DNA from: Squalus acanthias
Taxonomy: Eukaryota
Direction: 5' to 3'
Length of the DNA: 64,000 bases
NCBI GenBank assembly: GCA_030390025.1
Contig: CM059432.1
Coordinates: 11,284,001 to 11,348,000, forward strand
Shown here piece after piece: positions 53,120 through 64,000 of this stretch. The notes under the pieces were generated by a model. It was given only the letters and a program-made list of their open reading frames with translations. It was not told the origin of the DNA and made no database searches. A program made the translations under genes and the position numbers. The first letter of the stretch is position 1. Each line of letters starts with the position of its first letter.

Positions 53120-53826
53120 GGGCCGTATTTTGCGACCCCTACGGGTGCGTACGAGGTGTGCACGCGCCCGTAGGGGCTGCACAAGTTCTGGGTTTAGGCA
53201 TGCGAAGCTAATGTACTAAAACCCAGAACTTGCGATCTGTCAAGAATCCTCTTGACAGATCCTCTGCATCCCCAGGAGATTGGCCTCTGCGGGTGGAGAG
53301 TTGCGCTATTTGCCCAACTTCCGACCGCTGAATGCCTGTGAAATTCTTACGCCTGGTAAAAGCAGGCGTAAGGCCTGCTTTTACCAGCATAAGAGTTTAA
53401 AAAAATAGAAAAATAAAATTTTATCACTCATTTATACATTAAAAACCCTGTCCAATTAGGTAAGTTTATTTTTAGCCCTGTTAAAACATATTAAAAAATA
53501 AATTTTTGTTTACAATATTTAATTAAATGGCATTTTAATTAATTTTAAATATGTAATTTAAAAAATTTATTTCATGTGTTCGTGTATTTTTTAAGTGATC
53601 CCCATTCATACTTATGGGAGTTCCGTACGTACGAAACTCCCATAAGTATGAATGGGGATTCCCTTCTTTTATTGGTTGGGCCGGCCCACGTGATCCCAGG
53701 GGCGCTTGCCAGAGAGGCCCAGGACCGCAAGCCTCCATATCTCCTGGGCCACCAGGTAAATGCGTAGATTTTTTACAGGTCGTAGGCATCCGCCCGCGGG
53801 AAGCCTCCGATTGCAAATTTTGGGCC
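53120..53826. mobile_element. Harbinger-like MITE, type B copy 3
   Basis: TIRs gggccgtattttgcga / ttgcaaattttgggcc, flanks AAT/ATT. Confidence 0.85.
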
Positions 53827-54312
53827 ATTGTGTCTGTAGCCTCTGAATCTTCAGTCTGTTCCAGTTGTGTTTTGTGTTGTCCATAAAACTGTCCAACTTC
53901 TAGAACATTCTGAACAAACAAGGGAGAAGTTCAACAAAATCTGACCAAATTGTCAATGAAAGAACTCGCTGTGTAATGCAGCAACTAAACTTCTCCTTAA
54001 CTTTCACCACAGTGATGGTTCCTGATCCCAGCCTGACCAACAGATCTTAATACAAAACACTTAGCAACTAGTCAAAAGCTTTATTGTTTTTGAGGCCTGG
54101 AAAGTGACCAGCTTCAGGCAATCAATGTGAAAATTGAGTTGCCAGGATAAAAACCTTAAAGAAGTGTGTGTTTGGGCTAGGGAAAAAATAGGGGTAAGAG
54201 TCATGTGTGACTTGTTTCTCCCTCATTGCTTTTGTCCAAATGTCTCAGTATGAAACTGAAGAATGTTTTTGCAGCATGCATGAATATTTGAATTATGCCT
54301 AATATGCTATAC

Positions 54313-54534
54313 TGTGGCGGATCGCCACCTAAATGGGCATTACCCACTTTTCCGTCCGTGGACAATATATCGATGCACCTTACCTTTAAGGCAGGAGTGG
54401 GCGGGGCCTCAGGATTTTTCCAGAGAATTCTGGGAGCAGTCTGTCAGCCATTTTGTACCCTGCGGTTGCATTAAAGTCTCTCTTTTTCCACACATGGATT
54501 CAGCTTTAATTCGTGTTTCGCGGCAGCCTCAACA
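54313..54534 (+). repeat. Gypsy 5' LTR (222 bp)
   Basis: TGTGG...CAACA, matches the 3' LTR. Confidence 0.98.
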
Positions 54535-54535
54535 T

Positions 54536-54549
54536 TGGTGACCCCGACG
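54536..54549 (+). promoter_or_regulatory. Primer-binding site complementary to tRNA-Trp
   Basis: TGGTGACCCCGACG equals the first 14 nt of the canonical tRNA-Trp PBS. Confidence 0.88.
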
Positions 54550-54574
54550 CTCAGAACGTATTCCGAGCACTGCA

Positions 54575-54832
54575 ATGGCGGACGCGAATGCAGTTTCCGT
54601 GAAACTGCCTGAGTTTTGGGAAAACCAGCCCGAAGCCTGGTTTCTCCAAGCTGAATCGCGCTTCCGGCTGCAACGCATCACCACAGATGGGACGAAGTAC
54701 GACTATCTCGTCACATCACTCGGTAGCGCCACAGTTTCGAAGGTTTGGACAACGCTGCAGAACCCACCAGAGGAAGGCAAGTACGCACATCTCAAGACAG
54801 CGCTCCTTAAAAAATTTACGGCCTACTGGTAG
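54575..54832 (+). pseudogene. gag: Truncated Gypsy gag N-terminus
   Basis: KLPEFW...PEAWFLQAESRF is typical of Gypsy Gag N-termini. Homology ends at ~54817. Confidence 0.88.
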
Positions 54833-57651
54833 ACATCCCTCGTCACCGCCTCATGGACATAAACACCATGTCCCCCATCCTGGGCGCCATGGACCCCCGT
54901 CAACCCGCCGACATGACGTCACAGTGCCACGCCCGGGCCACGGATGACTACTCGGCACTCCTGGCCGAATTCCCGGCCCTTACCAATCCGACCTTCTCCG
55001 CGGAGGCCGCCAAACACGGGGTGGAACACTTCATCCCCACCACAGGCCCCCCAGTGTACGCCCACGCCCGCAGGCTGGACCCGACCAAACTGGAGATCGC
55101 GCGGACCGAGTTTGCCACCATGGAACAGCTCGGCATCATCCGCCGCGCCGACAGCCCCTGGGCCTCCCCACTCCACATCGCCCCCAAACCAGGCGGGGGT
55201 TGGCGCCCCTGCGGGGATTACCGCCGCCTCAACGACGCCACCACCCCTGATTGGTACCCCGTGCCGCACATTCAGGACTTCTCGGCTGGACTGGCCGGCC
55301 GCTCAGTCTTTTCCAAGGTCGACCTGGTGCGCGGCTACCACCAAGTCCCCGTCCACCCCGCGGACGTCCCCAAGACGGCCGTAATCACCCCCTTCGGCCT
55401 GTTCGAGTTCCTGCGGATGCCCTTCGGCCTCAAAAACGCGGCCCAGGCATTCCAACGGCTCATGGACTCGGTCCTTCAGGACCTGAAGTTCCTGTTCGTC
55501 TACCTGGACGACATCCTGGTAGCCAGTTCCTCCAAGCAGGAACACCTCGAACACCTTCGCATCCTGTTCGGGCGCCTCAGCGACCACGGGCTCATCCTCA
55601 GCCCAGCAAAATGCCAGTTCGGCCTGGACAAGATCGACTTCCTCGGCCACCACATCACTCATGCTGGGGCCATTCCCCTGCCCACCAAGGTGCAGGCCGT
55701 CCAACAATTTCCCCGCCCCACCACCATCAAAGGCCTCCAGGAGTTCCTCGGGATGGTGAATTTCTATAACCGCTTCATCCCCAAAGCGGCGTCCCTCATG
55801 AGGCCCCTGTATGAAGCCCTCTGGGGCAGGAGCGGCAAGATGGCGGTCGAATGGACGGCAGACGCGTCCGCCGCCTTCGACTCCACCAAGACCGCGCTCG
55901 CCAACGCCACCCTGCTCGCGCACCCACGGCCCAATGCCAGGGTAGCGCTCACCACGGACGCCTCCGACCACGCGGTCGGCGCTGTGTATGAGCAGTGGGT
56001 CGACGGTGCCTGGCAACCACTTGCCTTCTTCAGTCGCCAACTACGCCCCCCGGAGGTCAAGTACAGCACCTTCGACCGCGAGCTCCTCGCGCTGTTCCTG
56101 GCGGTCCGCCATTTCCGGTTTTTGCTTGAGGGCCACCCCTTCACTGGGTTTGTCGACCACAAGCCCCTGACATTCGCAATGGCAAAGACAACCGACCCCT
56201 GGTCCGCCAGGCAGCAGCGCCAGCTCGCGGCAGTGTCCGAGTTCACCACGGACATCCAACACGTCTCCGGCCGAGACAATGTGGTAGCCGACTGCCTCTC
56301 CCGCCCCGCCATCCACGCCGCACACCTAGCAGTCGACTACGCTCAACTCGCAGCAGACCAGATCACCGACCCTGATCTGCTCTCCGCACCCACCAACCTA
56401 CCAGGGGCTACGCCTGGCCGACGTCGCCTGTGGCCCGACCGCAGTCACGGTCAAGTGCGACATATCCCTATGTCAACCTCGGCCCGTCGTCCCAGCGTCC
56501 TGGCACCGCCGGGTATTCGACATTCTGCATAACCTCTCCCACCCCGGCGCCCGCGCATCCATCAAATTGGTAGCCAACCGCTTCGTCTGGCGCGGCCTTC
56601 GCAAGGATGTGCGTACTTGGGCCAACTCCTGCCTAGCCTGCCAACGGGCCAAGGTACAGCACACACGAAAGCACCCCTCGAGGAGTTTACCGTCCCCTCG
56701 CGGAGATTCGACCACATCCACGTGGACATCGTTGGGCCCCTGCCGCCGCCGCAAGGCCACACGCACTTGCTGACCATCGTTGACCGCACCACACGCTGGC
56801 CTGAGGCAATTCCACTGACCTCTACCACCACCGCCGACATCGCCAGAGCCTTCGTCAGCACCTGGGTCGCACGGTTCGGCGTCCCCTCCGACATGACGTC
56901 GGACAGAGGTCCACAATTTACCTCTGAACTCTGGACCGCCGTCGCACGCAATCTCGGGGTGACCATTCACCGCACCACAGCGTACCACCCCCAAGCCAAC
57001 GGACTGTGTGAGCAGTTCCACAGATCCTTGAAGGCATCTCTTCGAGCCAGCCTCCAAGACGGCGCCTGGACCGACCGACTTCCGTGGGTCCTCCTCGGCC
57101 TGCGCACCGCGGTTAAAGAAGACCTCCACGCATCGGCAGCAGAGCTCATGTACGGTCAGCCGCTGCGCGTACCCGACGAGTTCCTGCCCACCGCCACGAC
57201 ACCCTGGTCAGCCGACCAGCAACGCCATGACTTCGCCTCACCGGCGCTGCAGTTTGCCCCGGTGCCCATTGCCCGACACGGCGAATCCACCTCACACGTC
57301 CCACTAAGCCTGCACCAGGCACGGTTTGTTTTCATCCGGCACGACGCCCACCGCGGACCCCTTCAACCCCCGTACGACGGGCCCTACAAGGTGCTACAGG
57401 CTGGGGACAAATTTTTCACCCTGCAAGTGGGCGACAGGACCGAAAAAGTGTCGGTTGACCGACTCAAGCCAGCACACTCGGAGCCCGGTGAGCAGGTCCC
57501 TGTAGCTCGTCCACCTCCACGTGGCCGACCTGCCCTCAAGCCGGTTCACCCGGCTGCTCCACACCCGGCCGTTCCACGTCCACCGGCGTCCTACAAGAGC
57601 CGCTCTGGCCGGCCCATCAGACCGCCGCACCGTCTCGTCCACACCTCCTAA
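54817..57651 (+). pseudogene. pol: Gypsy pol (protease tail, RT, RNase H, integrase) with two frameshifts
   Basis: RT (MPFGLKNA, YLDDILV), RNase H (TDAS, VADCLSR), integrase HHCC (HNLSHPG...CLAC) and core (SDRGPQF, YHPQANG). Frameshifts at ~56400 and ~56660. Confidence 0.95.
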
Positions 57652-57671
57652 GCGGATTCTGGGTGGAGCTG

Positions 57672-57909
57672 TGTGGCGGATCGCCACCTAAACGGGCATC
57701 ACCCACTTTTCCGTCCGTAGACAATATATCGATGCACCTTCCCTTTAAGGCACCTTACCTTTAAGGCAGGAGTGGGCGGGGCCTCAGGATTTTTCCAGAG
57801 AATTCTGGGAGCAGTCTGTCAGCCATTTTGTACCCTGCAGTTGCATTAAAGTCTCTCTTTTTCCACACATGGATTCAGCTTTAATTCGTGTTTCGCGGCA
57901 GCCTCAACA
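57672..57909 (+). repeat. Gypsy 3' LTR (238 bp)
   Basis: Differs from the 5' LTR by 4 transitions and a 16-bp tandem duplication. Preceded by purine-rich gggtggag (PPT-like). Confidence 0.98.
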
Positions 57910-60900
57910 ATACAGTCATTGATCTGTTAGTACTTGCTCTGCAGGTTTAACAGTAAATATTGTGGTACAAGTGGTAACTGAGCCAGTCAGTTTAATATTT
58001 GTCCTCCGGTTGACTAAGAGTCTTCTCTGCCATGAAGCATTTCAGTACTGGACATATATTGGCATCACTTACTTTTCCTTATGAGGTCAGACTTAGCAAT
58101 TTTTTTTTTAGAATATCAAATTTATTTTTACTTATCTCAAATAACTTCATTTCCCTGTTTAATACTATAAATATCTGTTACTGTAATTCTGTCCCCCCCC
58201 CTTTAACAGCCTTTCTCTGCCTTCATTCCTCCATTTCACTATCCTTCAAACCAGAGATTATGTCTGAGCAACAGATTTTGAACGGTTTCCATTGATGCAT
58301 TCTGTGTCAGCTGACAAAGATGTATTCCCAGCATATGGGTAGGTCCCTCTGTGGAGTGAGCTTTTTCTTTTTTTTACTTCCTCTGAGCTAGACTCTTTCA
58401 GACAAGACATCTTGTGGTCTTGTCAGGAACTGGCAAATCTCTAGTTTCCATCTCGGTCAGTTTGCATTTCAATCTGGCGGATGCCTGAGAGAGATGGCAA
58501 ACTGCTAATGGTACTCCATTTGTGAAGGGAATAGTGACTGAACCTTGCCAAGCATTGCACAAACAAAAAAAAACTGGTACAAATTTACAAGCTCCACACA
58601 TTTGGCATTGTAGAAAGGAAGCTACATTATTTCAGAAGGTAGGGTTTCATTGTATAACAAAAATCCATTACTGCCAAGTGCAGTGTGACTCATTATGCTG
58701 CATTCTACCGCCAAGTATACTGCACATAAGATGTAATACAAACTTCTCTGGTGAAAGGAAGGGTGGACCTCAAAATTACTCTGTGCTTGCCAATAGTATG
58801 TATAAAAGTTTATTGTGCAGACCTGTATTTTAATTTGAAGAAAAAAGCTGATGAACACCCACCTATTTCTGCTTTTTCAGTCTTTTTAAGGGTTCACAAG
58901 ATATTCACATTGTACTTTTTCACCAAGCAATAGAAAACTGCTGATTTGTGATAAGTCACATGCCCACGCAGCTGTTTATTTTATTAAGGGTCACTCCTTA
59001 TGTTTTCCTTTTTATGCGACTGATTAGCACAAATTAAGATTCATAGAAATTTCAGCACAGAAGACCATTCAACCCATCATGTCTGTAGTGATGCTAGCTC
59101 TATTCCATTTTCCTGCTTTTACCTCGTACCCTTCAATATTTTTCTTCGTTATATTTTTAAAATTAACCTATAGTACATAAGGGACATATTTTTGGATTTC
59201 TTTTACTCCTTTGGTCATTAACCTTGGTTGTTATATAACAATAACTTGTATCTATATTAGTGCTTTTAACATAGAAACTTCACAGGTGTGTGAGAGAAAA
59301 TAATGCTTGAGGGAAAAACTGATTATAGAGTACTTAAAAATTTATTTATGGGGATACAGTGATGAGCATATTGAAGCACCAGTGCACCCACAAAATAGGA
59401 AGTCACATATATAGATCTGCAGTCCTCCACTTGCTGAGTTCCCAATTTCAAACATTCAGCTATGGGGAGGGAGACTAAGTCATCGGAAGAGTCAATAAGA
59501 CTGCTTTGCACACCACTTAACAGCTGCTTTCTGACTCGTGAGGACAGGCCTGGGAGAATGAACTTCATGTTTTGTGATCCTGTCCTTCTTTCTGAACTTT
59601 CTAAGTAGTCTCAAGTTCCTTTAGGTACATACAGCATCCAGAACAACATTTCATTTCCCTTTGGCAGAGGTTGCAGATTTGTTCTTATTTGAAGGTTGCC
59701 CTGTAAATAGGGTTTCCAACCCTCCAGGATTGTCCTGCAGTCTCCAGGAGTTAAATATTAATCTCCAGTACGTTGTAAACCAACTGGTATCACCTCAACT
59801 TTGAGCTCTTAATTTTTTTTTGCTGTACAATCCAAATCACCTTTGAAATTCTTTGAAATTGACGCTTGTAAACAAAAGCATAAACTCCTTTGGGTATAAC
59901 TGTGTGCGTTTGGGTTATGGTTGTCACATCGCACAAAACCATTTGTAGTGGCAAATGGTGTATTCCTTCAGACTCCGGTTTGCTGCTGGTAAATTAGCTA
60001 ATTTTGTGAAATCAAATGCACCATTTTGTCATGATGCAGCATAAGACAATCCCATCAAACTGGATAACTCTTAGATAATCTAATCTCTAGATGGTTGCTC
60101 TGTTGAGAACATGTAATGTAAACAAGACAGCTCTAGGTCTTGTTTAGACAGAGCCTGAACTCAATAAATTGGCTTAGCTTACCTAATGTAAGTGGATCTT
60201 TAGAGAACCTGGATAGAAATAATGAAGATTTGCTGTTACTTAGCAGAGAATGTACGAAACTTTGGCCATTGCAAGCTTACAAAATGAAATGCGAACTCTA
60301 TTCTTCCTGGCCGATCTGCTCTGTGCAAGATGCAATTTCTGTATTTAAACTACTTCCCTCCACATTTACCATCTCTCTTTAATAGAAGTTTGGATTAATA
60401 TTCGTTCTGCATGTATTGTTGGTCATGCTAGCTTTTCCACTGCATACTTTGAGATACCATTCTATCATTGCTGAAGGCTTCATTCTGTGGCCTATCTGAG
60501 AATTAGTTAAATTTGCCCAATTGTGATTGCACAGTTTTGTGTATAAAAATGATGAAAGTCACAGGCCCACCACAATAGAATTAGGAAATACATTAACTGT
60601 ACCTTGTAACTGGCTTTGGAGGCAATTTATAAAAGGCTGTCTGGTTATGGGAGCACATGGAACAAACATGCATTGGCAATGTAATGCATTCACTGTCTTC
60701 TGACCTGTTGCATTCCTTTGCTTCATATACCAGCCTCAGTCTGTTGGACTAATGTTCATGCAAGCTCTGCTGTTTGAATGTCTGTGAAGGCTGCTGCTCA
60801 ATCTTGTGTCCTCTGCTTAAAAGTTCACTTTTATTGTTAGTAGATAGTTTTAGCTCTCATTTTCTGTTCACATATCAGAAATAATCGCTTCTCATGGCAT

Positions 60901-62129
60901 GCACTGCATAGTTCAGAATAATCTGGAAAAAGTAAAGCAATAATTTTAGACACAATTGCAGAAATAATGGCAAAAGACATACAGCTTCTTAAATTCATAT
61001 AAATGTTGTGTACTTTATGCTTTTCTTCAAAAAAAATGCAGTTTAATAAAGCAATTTAGAACTGTAGCCAGTTTAGAAAATGCTCTTTACTAAAGTGATA
61101 CGCAACACAACTTTGCTACTTCTCTATGACTTAAACCCTAGGGATTTCCCTAAAATGTAAAGTAGGTGGGCAACTACAGAGAGTAAACAGTAATCTCAGA
61201 TGAAATTATATTTTCCCACTGAAACAGACTCATACAGTGCAAAAAGCTCTGGGAAATTCACTCTTCTAACAACGAAAGCTTGAAGGGAGGAAAAAACTTT
61301 CTCACAACTGTTTTTGTATTTATGCACCCAAGGTTTTAAAAAAAACTATAAATGGCAATTTTGTGCACATCTCAATTTTGCTCTCAGTGACATGTTCAAA
61401 GTATATATCCTGAAAGAGGTTTTCTGTCACAACAAGTGGATGCCCCAAGAACTGATTAGAGGCACCAAGGGGGTAAAAGTCAGCATAGGCAGGGGCGCAA
61501 TATGGGCAGTAGAATATCCACCCGTTATACACCTCACCTGATTTTCCTTTCCAACAATTTTTGTGTTTTTTTTAGTGGAGCGGGCATGTCGGGTTGAGTG
61601 TGGTTGAATCTACACAAAAGACTAGGTCTGGCCTGAATCATCGGGCCAAAATAAGGAGACCTAAAAAATATTCAATGTTACTAATTCAGCTGATCAAATT
61701 TCTGCTTTGAAATTTTATTTTTACATTGATGTGCGAGTTTTCAGTTGCTGTGATGTTGGATAGTTTATATATAGTAGGATCACACTGTACTGAAATTCCA
61801 GATTTGCCCACTCACCTTCCTACACACCCTGTTTGTTTTTGCTATGATGTTTGTCACACCAGCAATAGCTCTGGATCCACTGTTTAATTTTTCAGGCCTG
61901 TTGGGTCTGTTACCAGTGCTGCTCCCTCAATGCTAGATTCAGAACATAAGGGCAAAATTCAGATCTTTAATCCCAGCAGTATTACAAACACAACAAACAT
62001 CATAACAAATACAGTGTTGCCAAGGAAGGTTGGGAAGGCTTTAGTAGATCATGAGTTTCAGTTGGCTAAAGTTTGGTATAGTGAGGTTTTACCTTGAAAG
62101 TTCAAAGATACCAAATTTCTACTTAAGAT

Positions 62130-62313
62130 AAAAACAAAAAATGCTGGGAATACTCAGCAGGTCAGGCAGCATCTGTGGAGAGAGAGAGAAACAGAGTTAA
62201 TGTTTCAGGTCGATGACCTTTCCCCTCTCCACAGATGTTGCCTGACCTGCTGAGTATTTCTAGCATTTTCTGTTTTATTTCAGATCTCCAGCATCTGCAG
62301 TATTTTGCTTTTG
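62130..62313. mobile_element. Penelope-type insertion with an inverted (fold-back) structure
   Basis: ~55-bp inverted arms. Degenerate TSD ttctacttaagat / ttctactccagat. Same family as the 18307 insertion. Confidence 0.85.
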
Positions 62314-64000
62314 TTCTACTCCAGATCACTTTGGTATGGTGAAATTCTAATCTATGTATTTTCTTATACTTTTTTCAGATTTTTTTTTCAGAAATCTTCT
62401 CCAAAATTGATTAAGCTTTGGTGTATACATTTGGCATGAACAGTTAGTTCTTGAGACTGGGAAAAGGGATTGGTGTACAGTTTGGGACTGAGAGCTGTCA
62501 GTGTGAGTTGTAAATGTGGAGTATGCTCGATAGACGCACACTCTCAACCTGGTGGAATAGAGTGCTCCTCTGTTACAATGGCTAAAAAACGTTAGTGCAC
62601 AATTGTTGGCTACCTGGGGAGGGGTTGGCATAGTGTCAGTCAGTTGCAGCTGGAGTAGGGAACTAAGGACATCCAAAAATCGAACTTGACCTTAAGAGGA
62701 ATGTTACTGTACAACAGACATCCATGTCGATTTTGTAATGCTATTCACATGTCATTGAAATATCTTGATTTTTTTTTTATGGGTTATATTGTATAACTAA
62801 CTCCTTTTCTGTTTTTTTTGTATTTTATCTGAACTAAGTTTGCTCTATTTTGGAAAATTACAATAATCTAATTGCCAATGTTCCTAAATCATCAAGAAGG
62901 TACACAAGTGTGCTCTGCTTGATTTTACAATTGTAAAATTAAAGTGAAATTGAAAAGTAGATTATTGGGAAGATTATTGCAGCTTCAAAGAATTTAAATA
63001 CTAGGAGTAAAACAATGAATGGAGTTTGTCACAGATAAATTTTGAGAGAGTTTGGTGGAAAGCCTTTTACTTTCCCCAGTTGAACTATTGTCATGTTTGC
63101 ATTCATTATCATCCTTGTCCATAAACAGCAGTAATTCAGTTTGAAGTAACTGAATTCAAAGGTGTTGAGTATTAATTTAAGCCTGTGTTTCCGCCTAAGC
63201 TGGTCTGATCTGGGTTTGGCGGTCTAACTACATGCATGCTGAATAATTGAACTCGAGTGGAAAAGCAAGGAGTCTAGACATGTCTGGTGTTGGTTTCTTG
63301 CATGACCCTAATTCTCAGGCTTTGTCAGAGATTAGAAGATATTTGGAAATGTAGGTAATTCAAGATGACAGTGGTATTATGAGTTAGGATTGCATTTGCA
63401 AAGGAACATTTTCATCTGGCCAAATACTAATTTGTGCACTTACGTAAACTATGACTTAAAATAATATAAATATGTAGATTTTAGTTACGTAAATTTTAGT
63501 AATCTGTGCTGCTATTATGGTAGACCATTTCTTCAATCCCTGCCCCACCCAGAAACCAGAAAACTGAAACTGAAATGCTATTTGTAATGTTCCTCATGCA
63601 TTAATTGAATTGTCAGTAAATCTGTTGTATTTTATTATAAATGTTAAAACATGAATTAGGATTTCTGGGACTTTGAATGCACATTATTCAGATGTTATTA
63701 ATGTCTATAAAGAGCATAAGTACCATAAATCTAAATAGTATTAAATAAATGTATTTAAGATTCAGGGTATTTCCGACCTTTTTAACAAGACTTCTGACAC
63801 ATACCAGCTGCTCTTGTACATCTGGGTGAATCATAGTGATTGTTGGTTTCCTGAAATTCCCAATGGCAACATTGAACTGCATGTGATGTTGTTCCAGTTT
63901 CATGAAGGGTATTTTTTTGTGATTACAATTCATGTGTTTGTTCAACTTATAGCAAACTTTTTCAGTCGAATCTAAGCCATTACAAGAGACGATCGTGGAA

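Larger units (their letters stand above)
54313..57909 (+). mobile_element. Ty3/Gypsy LTR retrotransposon, internally deleted
   Basis: Two LTRs, TSD ATAC (54309-54312, 57910-57913), PBS, and gag-RT-RNaseH-integrase order. Confidence 0.98.

Noticed and set aside
54919..57687. Many overlapping alternate-frame and antisense ORFs in the Gypsy element
   Set aside because: Expected from high GC content and stop-codon scarcity, with no recognisable domains.
1..64000. CRISPR array or prokaryotic RT system (retron, DGR, group II intron)
   Set aside because: No regularly spaced repeats. All RTs are CR1, RTE, L2 or Gypsy type in vertebrate DNA.

Overview
This is eukaryotic, vertebrate, repeat-rich DNA. 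It is most likely from a cartilaginous fish, inferred from the dense CR1 LINEs, a SacSINE1-like DeuSINE and the Penelope and RTE families. No host protein-coding gene is recognisable, and every long ORF is transposon-derived. Contents: (1) more than a dozen CR1 LINE copies, some nested, including a young subfamily present three times; (2) a young, GC-rich Gypsy LTR element (54313-57909) with an ATAC TSD, a tRNA-Trp PBS and an internal gag-protease deletion; (3) a probable ERV 5' LTR, PBS and leader remnant (~14770-16400); (4) Penelope-type insertions with 10-14 bp TSDs carrying minimal hammerhead ribozyme motifs, including a 101-bp unit that is little more than a ribozyme; (5) RTE, L2 and SINE remnants. 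The most striking feature is five 650-770 bp non-autonomous DNA elements with GG-start TIRs and 3-bp TSDs (Harbinger-like). They share an ordered set of palindromes with compensatory changes, promoter motifs and consensus splice donors. All calls were made by eye without database searches, and boundaries of old elements are approximate.
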